Of a stretch of 64,000 nt of DNA, positions 1 to 13,651 are shown one piece after another. Source of the stretch: Octopus sinensis (Eukaryota); NCBI RefSeq assembly GCF_006345805.1, contig NC_043004.1, positions 3,844,001 through 3,908,000 on the forward strand, given 5' to 3'. Under the pieces are notes generated by a model. It saw only the letters and a list, made by a program, of their open reading frames with translations, was not told the origin of the DNA and did not search any database. The position numbers and the translations under genes were made by a program. Numbering within the stretch: position 1 is the first letter of the stretch; every line of letters starts with the position of its first letter.

Positions 1-151
1 TTATCGGAGCAGAGGAAAAAATCTCTGATCAAATATTTTGCACCCCATCAATAAAAATTTTATCTTTATTATGTTTTCGAATTAAAAGTAAGCAATTATC
101 TATTTATTTACATTTTTTAATATACTAAAATCACCAGAGAAATTTTCCAGT

Positions 152-220
152 AATAATAATAATAATGATGATGATGATGATGATGATGATAATAATAATA
201 ACAACAACAACAACAATAAA

Positions 221-282
<62 letters not shown>

Positions 283-291
283 TAATAATAA
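152..291. repeat. (TAA)n/(TGA)n/(CAA)n compound microsatellite
   Basis: Direct inspection. Confidence 0.95.
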
Positions 292-539
292 TAATTCCTA
301 TCATAGTAGGTGCATTAGGCATGATAAAAAATATTCAGACAAATACATAGCAAAAACATCAGGACTTACAAACACATATAACATACAGAAAATTGCACTA
401 CTAGGCACTGCACACATCCTACGCAGAACACTTTCCATACAATAACCATCAGAGCATCACAACAAATCACAGCACATACCTAAGGCACACAGAGCTGCGC
501 TCGGTAGTGAAGTGAAAGCACGCTATAAAAATAAAACTA

Positions 540-543
<4 letters not shown>
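292..543 (+). mobile_element. R4/Dong-type non-LTR retrotransposon 3' end (short 5'-truncated copy)
   Basis: Encodes the RLE C-terminus IPIIVGALGMIK...IQKIALLGTAHILRRTLSIQ* plus 3' UTR; flanked by (TAA)n; near-identical to 17832-18060. Confidence 0.8.
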
Positions 544-580
<37 letters not shown>

Positions 581-581
<1 letters not shown>

Positions 582-1180
582 TAGCGCCTGACCATAAACA
601 ACTATTAAAACAAAATAATGAAAACAGGCCTCAACACCAAATGCAGAATGTGCAACCAACACAATGAGACAGTTGACCACATCATCTTTGGCTGTCGAAT
701 CCTTGGCAAACCTGAATATATATACAGACACGACCGAGTAAGTAATTATATCCATTGGACAATATACCAACACGACAACGTAAAAACAAAAAAATGCTAT
801 AAACATGTGCCAAACAAGGTGCAAGACAACGACCAGGCCCCAATCATCTGGGAGATGCCGGTTCAAACTGACAAAGAAATAAATGTTAATCCCCCAGACA
901 TAGTAATCAAGCATTGTGAAAAACACACCTGCTTACTGATAGATATAGCACTCCCTTCTGACCAAAATGTTGCTCAAAATGAAGTGTAGAAATTGTCAAA
1001 GTACAAAGACCACGAAATTGCAGTATTCAAGATGTGGGGCATAAACGTGAAAACAATACCAGTTATAACTGGGGTATTAAGCATGATAAAAAGATATGAA
1101 CAAAAACGTAAAAGTTTTACCTGGACCCTCAATATTACACACTGTCCCCACAATAATAGCTCTGCTAGGACTAGCTAATA
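581..1180 (+). mobile_element. R4/Dong-type LINE fragment: CCHC zinc knuckle plus restriction-like endonuclease (pseudogenic)
   Basis: CRMCNQHNETVDHIIFGC, RHDRV, PDIVIK...LIDIALP, KLSKYKD, TIPVITG motifs; in-frame stop at 987-989. Confidence 0.85.
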
Positions 1181-1369
1181 AAGACATTATTAGCTAGATA
1201 AAGACATTATCAATTCAATAATACAACTTAAACAATCCACAAGACACACTCTATATAGTAAATATCCAATAAAATCAACAACCACCACAACATGTACTCT
1301 ACAGGGCGGATACCCAACAAGAGCTCAACTCGCATTATACACACAACACACAATACAAACACTAATAGA

Positions 1370-1920
1370 AACTGCAACCAAAATCTTGGAGACGATGAAA
1401 ATGTCAGCTATGATGGATCCAACAGGAAGGAGAATTCAAGGAATAAATACTACCAAAAGTTTTTTAAAATACGGTCGTCTGGATTTTCAGCTCACGACAA
1501 GCATATCGATCGCATCATCTTTGCAATGCCTATCCTCCCACTCACACTTGGCATTCTGAACTGGTCAATGCTAGAGGTCAGCGGGACAGACATACGAATT
1601 CATAAGCTGCACGGTGATATTGGAAAACTTAGCTTCAATGGAGATGTAGACAGGCTATAATTCCCATGCGATTATAGACTGGACAGCAATGCGACCAGAA
1701 GAATACGGCAGAAAGACAGCATCTATGGACCATCGATAATAAGTGAACAAGTCAAGTGCCCAAGATAAACTCTCAGCTTCAGACATAATTATTTAAGATA
1801 CGACCAACCCGCCTGGATTAGGGTAGGGTTAAACTTAGAGATTCTTGAGCAAGGAATACAACTTGTTAATTACTATGCTGCAAATGGCCAAGATATCGGG
1901 GACAATAAGAATCTGTTAGG
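1370..1920 (+). mobile_element. R4-type LINE reverse-transcriptase C-terminal fragment
   Basis: LGDDENVSYDG...FAMPILPLTLGILNWS...GDVDRL resembles the RT/thumb region of RLE non-LTR elements. Confidence 0.65.
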
Positions 1921-3684
1921 AATTCTTAAGATTTAAAGAACGATGAACAAAACAAGATGCTTTCATTCACAACCTCGATATCAAGAAGGAGGCCAGTCAA
2001 AATGAATTCTAAATTTAAAAGAAAGAAGAAAACAGACACACATCTATGTACACCCATCCACGCAGACCCACGCGCACACAACACACACACACACACACAC
2101 ACACATACACACACACACACACATCCCCTTGCTTCCGGAAGACTTAAAAGGTCATTGAGTGTCATGCAAGACACGTGACCCAATTAACATTTATAGACAG
2201 ACTTGATCATCTCCAAACATAGAATGTATTCTCCATAAAGACATGATTATGTCGTTCAGTGCATGTAATTTACGCATTTCTAAATTCCTAGGGAACGGCA
2301 AAGAAATTGCTTTGATAACCTCATTGAACTGAAGGCAAGATTCAACTGGCGACGATAAAACTGAAACAGAAGCCAGTGTACAGAGAATGCTGGAAGATTT
2401 AGTGGTTGTTTTTACTTATTCAAACCTGATCGATCAGATCTCGGATCAAAGGCGTTCCAACCGTAACCACCAGGTTGTTTTTATATATCTATGACGGCAT
2501 TTTTCGTTTTTGGATTTGGTTTGCAAGATTCTATTCAAAAGGTTGCAAGACGCAACGAAAATTTTAGGAGAATAAAAATATGAAATAAGTGGAAATTTTA
2601 CCGGTGAGTGTGTTGCGTTGTAAGGCACAAAAAGAAAATGACTCTCCCCAGATACAACAGAATATGACGACATTATCTACGGTATACTTTTAAATTTAGG
2701 GTAATAAGGTTTATATTGTAGGGATGTGACAGCTATTTCTAGTAAATGGAGCGATCGTGTAGAAAGTTTCCCTAGCAAACTGACAGAAACTGAAGTTTAT
2801 TACCGTTGCATATTCGAGTAGAGAATTACTGTCTTGGGAAACAGAGTCTGGGACAGTCGGTTTGTCCAAGAATACCTGAAAGTAGATCGGGATGGTCGTG
2901 GACAGAACGCTTTTAATTCCGCTTAGTGATGTCTGACCTAAGGTTAAACAATACCAAAAGCCATAGCTCCCAAAATGTACAAAATATTTGCGTTTATTAT
3001 TTCACGATAACTTTTTCCAATTAGCTCTGACCGACTGATTTCAACACTGCATATCTTTGTTATGGATACAGCTCTGTTAATGGCGGTGTTTGATACGAAC
3101 TGCAAACACTCGCGATTCTGTATTCGATCCTTTAATCTAGGAATAATCCATCCGAGGACGACCGGCGAGCAAACTGATCGGAAATTAGTGTAGATGTCTG
3201 TATTAAAACATTTATCCATCTACAAAGATAGAATTAATAATCCGAAACATTGCGATGGTATTTCAGATGATTGGTGGTAAATTACGTTTAAACAATGGTT
3301 GGATTGTGCCTTAATCGATAACAGGATTTCCCAATGAAAATTTTTCTCCGGTATTGTATTTCTCAAAGAAAAACTTTTCTTCCATTCTCATTATAGATAT
3401 CGAATTTGACTTTAAAAATGCAGAGAATATTTATATTCAACAAACTGTACAATTTTAGAGCAATTATTATTTTTTTTACTAATTTATTTTGTTGTTCAGA
3501 TTATATCTCTCACCGTAAAAAATTAAATTACCTGGAAAATATCAAAGGATAAATGTGCTTCATCGATAAAGTTTTTTCGTTTGTTAAAAGTTTACGAAAA
3601 TCGGTCTCAAGAATATATGGGGGCCTTCAGGCCGACAAATTAGCTAACAGAATTCGTGACTGATAGACCGACACACACACACTC

Positions 3685-3722
<38 letters not shown>

Positions 3723-3749
3723 ATGTATGTATGTGTGCATGTATGTACG

Positions 3750-3783
<34 letters not shown>

Positions 3784-4730
3784 TTATGTATGTATACATA
3801 TATTAATGAAGGTGCAGTAAAAGAATTGAAATAAGGAGGGGGAAAAGAAATAAGACGATTCAAAATTAGCGACGTCTGCTTACATTGTAGATATGGAGGA
3901 AAAAGGAAGTCGGAGAGTCAGATAGTAGAACCAGAAGTAGCGACACAACCTGGGTGATAGTAAGGATAAGGGGAAAAAGAGGGAGAGAGAGAGAGGAAGG
4001 AAAGAGGGGAGATAGAGTGGAAGAGAAAGATCGCGACAAAGAAAGAAGAGCAAAAGATTAAGGGGAGAGGGAGAAAGCGAAAGAGGGAAGCGGGGAGAGG
4101 AGAAAAGGAGGAGAGAAAGTGAGGGAAGCGGAGAGAGAGAGAGAGAGAGAGAGGAAGAAGAGATGCGGGAGAGAATATAATTGTCGGTATGTTTGTATTA
4201 TATCTGTATATAATATAATATAATATAATATATAATATATGATATATAATATATAATATATAATATACAGATCCTGCCTCTACGTACTAACAGTCATTCG
4301 TATGTAAGTTAATATATTACTATAGTTGTCTGTTTATGTGTGAACACACACACACACACGCATATGTATGTAGCCTTTAATCTACTCAAGATATCTTTAG
4401 CCTGAAGAGTAGCTGGTGGTATACACCTCACTTGGATTTTACCACTTCTGAGGTTCCATTCGCTATGAAACACATGTAGCCCTGATTTCCCATACTCCAT
4501 TCCGTAATTCTTGATTTCTTTTTTGCACACTCGGCAACCCTGGTTGCCTACCGAGGAATATGAAGAGAACTTTATTTCAGTTCATCATTCTTCGATAAAA
4601 GAAAAAAAACCCGCAACTTTCCGTCTCAGTAAACTACAATTGTCCCTGAAAGTTGCTTTTTATACGAATTGCTTGAAGCTAACTTTCTTCCTACACCTCG
4701 ACATCAAGATCTTACACACACACAAACACG

Positions 4731-4787
<57 letters not shown>

Positions 4788-4842
4788 GCACGCGCACACA
4801 CACACACACGCACACACACACACACACATATATATAATTTTA

Positions 4843-5244
4843 TTCTTTTACTTGTTTCAGTCATTTGACTGCGGCCATGCTGGAGCGCCGCCTTTAGTCG
4901 AGCAAATCGACCCCAGGACTTATTCTTTGTAAGCCTAGTACTTATTCTATCGGGCTCTTTTGCCGAACTGCTAAGTTACGGGGACGTAAACACACCAGCA
5001 TCGGTTGTCAAGCTATGTTGGGGGAGAGGGGGCAAACACAGACACACAGACATGCACACATACATGTATATACATATATACGACGGGCTTCTTCCAGTTT
5101 CCATCTACCAAATCCACTCACAAGGCTTTGGTCGGCCCGAGGCTATAGTAGAAGACACTTGACTAAGGTGCTACGCAGTGGGACTGAACCCGGAACCATG
5201 TGGCTGGTAAACAAGCTACTTTCCATACAGCCACTCCTGCGCCT
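4843..5244 (-). mobile_element. tRNA-derived SINE family B with an internal (CA)n(TA)n microsatellite
   Basis: Head aggcgcaggagtggctg...ggttcagtccc; tail ...gcagtcaaatgactgaaacaag; repeated at 22136, 57545, 61478 and 63350. Confidence 0.85.
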
Positions 5245-6729
5245 ATATAATATAGACATACAAATACATACATACATACATACATACACACATACATACA
5301 TACATACACACATACATACATACATACATACATACATACATACATACATACATACATACACAAACACTCACAGACAATTTTTCTTATGCCTGTCATTTGT
5401 CTATTAAACTATGAATTAATGAGTCTTTGTTTCGCTCAATTTTATACATTTCTATGTTAAGCTAACAGTTTCTTTGTGTTTAACTGTTGTATACTTATCT
5501 CTCCGCCAATGTATCAATCAGTCAATAATTATATCGACCTATCTACATAACTGTTAAATTGTCCACGTGATCAACCATCAATATTTCAGTTAGCCAGTAT
5601 GACAGTCCAGGAGTGTGTCTACGTGTTTGTGTGTGTGTGTATGAAGTGTCAGGTCTACGTAGGTGTTAGAGCATAAGATAATAGAATATGATATGTAATA
5701 AGATGTGCTCTACGCATGCGTGTGTGCAGTAGTTGTGTAGTGAGGCGAGGAAGTGAGAGCAGGTAAGTACACGTGTGCATGTGTGAGTGCGTATTTAAAA
5801 TGATGTTACCAAATCTGTACTTTGAGACAGTGTGTTGATAAACATTTTTTGCTGTTTTCAGTAACTGCACACACAAAACGATCAAACGCGGCACCTTATG
5901 GCTGGAAACCGAACTTGGCCATAGCTGCTTCCTCTCTAACAAACTCATATATCTGCAAAAAAAAACACACAAACACATACATACACGCATATATGAAACC
6001 ACTGAGGCACTCGCAACACAGGAGGAGTTAGAAGGTGTGCCACGCTTTCCATAACTGTTTTTGGTGCCTCTGCAATTGCAGAGCAAACATAGACACAAAC
6101 TTGGGCCTTCCGATCTTCAGCCGAGCAAGACAGCAACACTGATGTTGTGCCGTTGATGCCGCGCCAGGATTCAGATGGCACTCGTTTTTAGATGAGTAGA
6201 CAGGAATAACATGGCTTGAGATGCCCTGCTCAAGGATATATCGCTCCCCGCCTGGGCCAGAATGGAACTTTCAAATGTGAGCTTAGCGGTGTTACTTCTA
6301 GGCTACACATGTTTCTGTGTGTGTGTGTGCGAATGTGTGTGTGCGTGTGCAAATATGAGTGTGTATGTATGTGCGTCTATGTATATATAGACGCACATTC
6401 AATAACACCGTTTACAAATTCTATGCTTGGAATGACCAATTTTTAATACTATTGGAACTTACTCACAAGGTACAGGAATCTCATATGTACACCATTCTGC
6501 CTAAATAATGGAACTACAGATACAATATCCCTGCATATCTCACGTCTATTTTCATTCCGCCACTTCACTCTCTATTTCATATCTTATCTAGAATAACTAT
6601 TGCTTAACCATTTTCTTACTCCGTCTCCGAAGAAGGGATATATAAAATATCCCGAAAACAGCTGTAAAACCTATTTATAAATATTCTGAAATCGTTCACA
6701 GCCTTGCATTTTTATCTCATTCTGTTAAT

Positions 6730-6814
<85 letters not shown>

Positions 6815-6889
6815 CACGTACATAGATACATGCATATATACATACATATATGTACATACCTACATACATATGTATATATACATGCATAT

Positions 6890-7320
6890 ATGGGTACAGA
6901 ACATTAAAAAACGTTGAACACAATGAGAAACGAAAATATAAAAACAAAAACATAGAAAACGAACTTTTTTTCGAACAACGAAAAAACAAACAGAGAAACG
7001 AGACATGCAACATAAAGAATATTCCCCTTCATCAGTTGTCCCTATTTCATCTACTCCGCGTTTCGAAGATAAGGACAAGACGTGACTTCGTTGAAACAGT
7101 ACTTCCCGCAAAGCAAATTAAATAAAATTTGGAATTTTTTGCAGAGGGTGAAAGTGGTAACAAGAACAGGACAGTGAGAAAAAGACGGTGAGGGTTCTTA
7201 AGACAAGACGATAGAAAAATTATTATGAACGCTAGGAAGACGAGCTTATGAGAGGAGACAGGTAAAAACACGTCTTGTCTTTAGGAAGGAAATGAATAGA
7301 AAAATAGATTCCTTTTCGTC
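6890..7320. mobile_element. Interspersed repeat fragment next to (TA)n, possibly Penelope-like
   Basis: Abuts a TA array; has scrambled CTGATGA and CGAAACGCG motifs on minus; no coding capacity. Confidence 0.3.
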
Positions 7321-7450
7321 ACGTGTCAGCGACGAGAGTCAAGGAGGAAGAGTGAAGAGGAGAGGAAAAGAATAGGGAAGGTTGGGAGAGAAAACCAGAA
7401 AGGATGAAGAACAAGAGAGGGAGAGTGCCACGCATCCTTTTCCAAGTAAG

Positions 7451-7561
<111 letters not shown>

Positions 7562-8869
7562 TAGATAGATAGATAGATATCACGTGACCGACTAGTCTAT
7601 CAAATGTTGTTACATATTGCTGGTCACAATGCACTTTGCATCGTTTTAGCCTTCGAATGCCGCGACCCGGCTGATCGAAAGAGGACTGAAGCAACGTGAA
7701 ATTAAGTGTTTTGCTCAAGAAAATAACGCACCGTCCGGTCTTGGAATCGACTGCATGATCTCCCGATCGTGAATACAACAGACGAACCACTGGGACGCAC
7801 ACCTTCATATATGTATATATGTACACGTATGTAACTATATATATGTATTACTTGGATAATGTAGATAGATGTTTAGTTGATAGCATAAGAAAATATCTGA
7901 TGGTATACAGTAACAAAAACAGTCTGCATAATCGAAATATAAACAAATAATTTAAATAATATATTATAGCATCAAAAAAAAAATAACGTTACGAAAAACT
8001 CTCAATTCTATCGAACATTCTCTTCTGTTAATCGTCTCACCACGACAAGTTTTGCTTCCTTTTTTCCCCCCTCAGTTTTCTTCATTTTATCTGTTTGTTT
8101 GTTTATCTCATTAGCCCGATATTCTGTCGTCTGCTGTTTTCTATTTCTTTATTTTTCTTTTTCTTTTCTCCTTCCATTGATTTGCTTACAGTACAGAAAG
8201 GAGGAACAATAACACAGTGTTCAACAAAAAGAAAAGTAATCCTCAAGTATAAGCAACGTCATATATACATACATGTTTATGTGTGTGTGTGTGTGTGTGT
8301 AAGTATAAAATTAGATATGTAATACGTGTATATATATAAATACATAGTTAGACATGTAGATATATGTGAATGTGTGTATGTAGACGTGCATGTATTGCTT
8401 CAACTCTAGCAGAAGGGAAATAAATGATTTACACCCAATCAAATATCATTTTTTCCCTTTCTTTCTTATTAATCATTTCTATTTTTCCCCAATGTTTTGG
8501 TTAAAAAAAATAATGCAAACAATACTAATAAGACAAACAGAAAACCCATTTTTTATTCGTTTACCTTTAGCAGAGTATAACGAATCTAATCATACTTTAA
8601 TATTAAAGATTGGGACCGCGTTAAGAATGTGGAAGATAGGCAGAGATAATGTGTAAGAATGGAGCCAGGTCGATGCATTTGGTTTGAGAAATAAATCAGA
8701 AGAAACATGCAAAGATGTAGTTTGTGTTGTGATGCTCTGTACGTGTACACTTGTACATACAAACACATATGCCTACACATACACGCATGCATACATACAT
8801 GCACATATATTTACATACACAGATATATACATATATATGTATGTGAATATATGTGTGAATGCATATATG

Positions 8870-8969
8870 CATGTATGTATGTATGTATGTATGTATGTAT
8901 GTATGTATGTATGTATGTATGTATGTATGTATGTATGTATGTATGTATGTATGTATGTATGTATGTATG

Positions 8970-9000
<31 letters not shown>

Positions 9001-9012
9001 GTATGTATGTAT
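8870..9012. repeat. (TATG)n microsatellite (similar arrays at 9862-10027, 13420-13580 and 46715-46840)
   Basis: Direct inspection. Confidence 0.95.
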
Positions 9013-9351
9013 GTTGAGAGGAGACAAAAACATACGTCAATTAAGGAATGATATACTGTTTCATGTTTGTTCGAAAATGCTGCCGTATTGTCACATAAGT
9101 GACAGTGTAGTTTGATACTGTTATAAGATGGGTTTCTCTTCTGCACGTCATTAGCAAACAGAGAGACAGCAAAATAAACGGCAGAAAACAAAATAATTTG
9201 TCAACTCACTAATCTACATTAAGCGATGACATATTCACTTCTGATGTATCTACATAAAGGCATAAATACTAACACAATCAGGCACATACGTTCACACACA
9301 GGTGTATACGTATGCATGAATGTATGTATGTATGTGTGTATGTATGTATGT

Positions 9352-9735
9352 ATGTAGGTCACTTTCGAGTGCTACTGGTAACATGTAACCCAGTAGCATG
9401 GTCGGGTCGTCGGCGACTAAACCGCTAACCCCACCAAGCTTGCTTGGTGAGGAGGGTGTTTATTGGACACCCTGCGGGATGAAAAACAAAATCCGTCAAA
9501 GGGCGGAGGAACTCTTGAGAGTCAACGACCGTCCAATAAATGTCTTAAGGTTGTATCATGCGCAGGGACATAGAAATAATCGGACTGAACACCCGATCGC
9601 GCGGTTAAACCATTAGGAGTGAAGGACTACTAGCCTTTGTTAGGGCATCCTTCTAGGAGAAGGTAACTCAGATAACTGGGATAACTCCGACATAAAACCT
9701 GCGGCGGATTATGGCTGTTGTTGCTTAGTGAGTGG
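9352..9735 (+). mobile_element. Structured interspersed repeat resembling an RTE LINE 5' UTR
   Basis: GC-rich island with stacked hairpins and a ggagaaggtaact...aaacc motif recalled from RTE 5' regions; inserted between (TATG)n arrays. Confidence 0.45.
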
Positions 9736-9857
9736 GATTGACTCAGTATACTGCATTTCCTCACTTAAAAAAAATCTTCTTGCACAGGCATTGCACGATA
9801 ACAACATTGATTAAGCTTCGCGCAATGGCCATACTCGATAACGAGGAGGCAGCCACC

Positions 9858-9922
<65 letters not shown>

Positions 9923-10225
9923 TGTATGTATGTATGTATGTATGTATGTATGTATGTATGTATGCATGTATGTATGTATGTATGTATGTATGTATGTGTG
10001 TATGTGTGTATGTATGTGTGTATGTATATGATCTAAGATGTCACAGTGCAGTCATTTCCATCATAAGTTCTTGCAGGATATGGCTGAATTCGTTAAGGTC
10101 GTACGATCGAAACAGCTGTAAAGTATCTCCTTAAATAATAAAAGAAAGAATAGAAAACGCCTAAAAGTCTACTTAATTCGGCCCCATTAACGAAGACTAT
10201 ATAATAATGCAATACGTGTATGTGT

Positions 10226-10296
<71 letters not shown>

Positions 10297-11679
10297 GTGT
10301 GCATCTATCCCTTACGGTTGTTGCAGCCTTAACACTGCCATGAAAGACCATTTTCGAAATATCCGGTTCCTCTTCTCTCTACCCAATACAAACTTATCGG
10401 AATCGATAAACTTCACAAAATATAAATCTTACCGACGCAGTCCCCACCGTGTTTTCCATGACACCGCGTCGTGTTGAGCCGAAATCACTCAGCCGTGAAC
10501 AAGGTCCATCTTTATCGTTGATTTTTGTCTCGAATTAACTTTGCTTGAACAAACACGATCGACAACATTTCACTCACCACTATCACGTGTACAACGACAT
10601 TATCCAATGCATCATTTATTTAGGATGTGACCAGAGGAAGATTTGTCTGCTTCTTATGGCAAGTCAAGCAATCACGATGCGACTCCCTGGATAGATTGTT
10701 AAAAGTAACGGCAACATTGCAAAACATTGAAGTATTTGTTGGCATGTGGTTCTGAGCTGTAAACCGAAAGAAACATGATGACCCACTGACCTCAACCGTT
10801 TGCTGAAATGAGACATAAAACAGTCTTTAATATGCTTCCATTGTTCTTGTCTTGGTGTCTAAGTGCATCTCGGAAATAAATCTTGTGCGAAATTTTTAAA
10901 TGTTAAATTAGCGCAGCGAGTTTATTAAATCAAATTAAAATAATCACTGAATATTGCTGTTTCACCCCCAGGTAGGACCTGATCGAACTCAGCAGATATA
11001 TGAGCGAACGGGCTTCAGCTGTAAATATATCGTCTTTTTTTGTTTTCTTTTGAGAAGCATAGTTGTATGAAAGAAGACACCGTTCCGTATATTCCTCTTA
11101 ATTTTAAGAATGTAGAGCGTGATTTGAAGGATATTTCGATATTATTTCCAGCAGGATGAACAGCCAATTCGAGCAGCTGCTCCCATCCTATGGATCACTG
11201 GATATATATTAAAATGTAAAATGCTTGTTCGTAAATGCAATAGGCCAGAAGCGATGGAGGGCTACAGCACGATATTTACTACAAATAAAAACTGAAAACT
11301 ATTTCCTCGAGAAAATATCAATCTTTGTTGGATTATGTATTTGAATGTTGTTTTTGTTTAGTTCCAGTTTAGTTTTTATTCAACGACCATGTCTTTACCA
11401 GCTGTGACCATCCTGACATTTATTGAGACATGGTGAGTCTATGACGACATCTGGTTTTTCTGTATTGAAGACTATAAGGTATAATTTGAGGGAGACTTGG
11501 CTGCGATATCTATCAGCGAGCGATTGATTAGAGAATCCAACAGTGCAATATTATTAAAGAGTCTTATTAATTCAATAGTCCGATGCAGAGTCCGACAAAT
11601 TTTATTTTTGAGTGAAATTAATCTACAATTTGTCTCATTGAAATATATGTGGATGTAAGCATATACAATGTGTGTATAT

Positions 11680-11964
<285 letters not shown>

Positions 11965-12229
11965 TCTAGCTGCAATGGACGTATGAGAGATATTCGGATG
12001 TTATTCGCCAACCTACTCATAGACCTCAATGTTCCAATTTATCAAATTGTTGCAAATAAGTAACAGAAATTTCCTGAGATGTTGTATCTCCGACAACATA
12101 GTCCGTTGTTCCTGTTGATAAACGTTGTAGTTGGATCCAGTGACAGCATCTGGCGGCACTGGTGTGTACAATCGTGTTATTCAACGTAGCCACATCCCAG
12201 TCTTTCCTGTATGAGTTTCAACTAGACCA

Positions 12230-12265
<36 letters not shown>

Positions 12266-12403
12266 TGAGAGCGAGAGAGAAAGCGAGAGAGAAAGAGAGA
12301 GAGAGAGAGAGAACTGCTTCCTCTAAATTTCACCATTCTCCCGGTTTATCTCGCTTCCATCATTCATTGACCCATTTTGTCATTTAATATTGGTTTCACA
12401 TTA

Positions 12404-12618
12404 AGGCGGCGAGCTGGCAGAAACGTTAGCACGTAGGGCGAAATGCTTAGTGGTATTTCGTTTGTCTTTACGTTCTGAGTTCAAATCCTGCCGAGGTCCA
12501 CGTTGTCTTTCATCCTTCTGGGTCGATAAATTAAGTACCAGTTGCGTACTGGGGTCGCTCTAATCGACTTCTCCCCTCCCCAAAACTTAGAGCCTTGTGC
12601 CTAGAGTAGAAAAGAATA
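12404..12618 (+). mobile_element. tRNA-derived SINE, family A (aggcggcgagctggcagaa head)
   Basis: Pol III A-box/B-box-like head (gagttcaaatcc); many homologous copies in the window. Confidence 0.85.
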
Positions 12619-12619
12619 T

Positions 12620-12806
12620 TGGTTTCACATTTTGGCCAGCAATTTCGGGGAAGGGATTAGATCGATTCCGGTGCTCAATTTGATTGACCACGGAACGATG
12701 AAAGGCAGTGTCGACCTCGGCAGAATTTGAACTTCAAAACGCAAAAGACGAACGAAATGCTGCTAAGCATTTTGTTCGGCTCCTTAACAATTCTGCCAGC
12801 TCGCCA
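12620..12806 (-). mobile_element. SINE family A, inverted tail-to-tail with the previous copy
   Basis: Reverse-complement homology ending ctgccagctcgcc. Confidence 0.8.
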
Positions 12807-13550
12807 TTTTCTTCGAAACTTAATATCGAAAAAGATATTCTTGTGTCCAGCTGTGTTCCATTATTTTCACATAGATATCAATTTAATAGTCTCGAACAAC
12901 AACCCACTGTTCTCTGGTTCAAACTCATACGACGGTACCGTGCAGTTACATTTCGAGGTTTCTCTCCCCCGCCCTCCTCTGGTGGCCACGAACATCGTCA
13001 GTCTTTTAATATCGAGAAATTTCTTATTAGCTCAAAGTAGTGACTTCTATTCTTCGTTTTGATTTGATGACGTCATAGGAAGAGTACACATCTGTCTTTT
13101 CTGATAATGAGAAAAGATGAGATGATAATGTGATAATGATTTTGAACTAGCTCTCCTCCCCAACTCTATGTTAATTACCCTGTATCTCTCTCTCTCTCTT
13201 CTGACCACGCCCACAAATTGACTACAATCACTCATCGCCTGCCACTCATTATCATTTCATTCCATTCAACTCTCAACTTTCCCAAACTTCCTGGAGTGCT
13301 TTCTCGCATCGATCATCTATCGATCAACTCTTTATGCTTAATTCTTTAATGTCAGTAAATTGAATTCCAACGCAAAACAACACATACACACAACATGCCT
13401 TCCATTCATGTATTTATGTATGTATGTACGTACGTACGTATGTATGTATGTATGTATGCATGCATGCATGTATGTATGTATGTATGTATGTATGTATGTA
13501 TGTATGTATGTATGTATGTATGTATGCATGCATGCATGCGTGTATGTATG

Positions 13551-13581
<31 letters not shown>

Positions 13582-13651
13582 ATGTGCAGATGTGTATGTT
13601 TTATGTATGCATTCTCATGCATATTCTTGCATACCTAGACATACTTGTATA

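Noticed and set aside
2292-2335. cctag|GG AAC GGC AAA GAA, which resembles the expected GNGK exon start
   Set aside because: Wrong strand relative to the gene and KE rather than KR; it would need a local inversion plus a 1-nt indel
2944-3531. Minus-strand acceptors at 3531 (would give GGNLIF...) and 3220, and the 91-aa ORF 2944-3219
   Set aside because: No amidation or dibasic signal; the phase-1 join at 3219 gives DG-stop; the ORF has no recognisable homology
7025-7110. CGAAACGCG and CTGATGA on minus
   Set aside because: Order and pairing are incompatible with a hammerhead, and there is no UH site
10792-10802. Exon 3 candidate: tctcatttcag|CA AAC GGT TGA giving ...CLGANG*
   Set aside because: Good acceptor and GxNG-like ending, but no KR and an immediate stop; a similar hit at 4462 (GANGTSE...) shows such matches occur by chance. 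Worth a glance only if cDNA supports it
13067-13212. Perfect CRE palindrome (ATGACGTCAT) plus CCACGCCC box as a promoter
   Set aside because: A single 8-mer is expected roughly once per window by chance, and there is no adjacent exon
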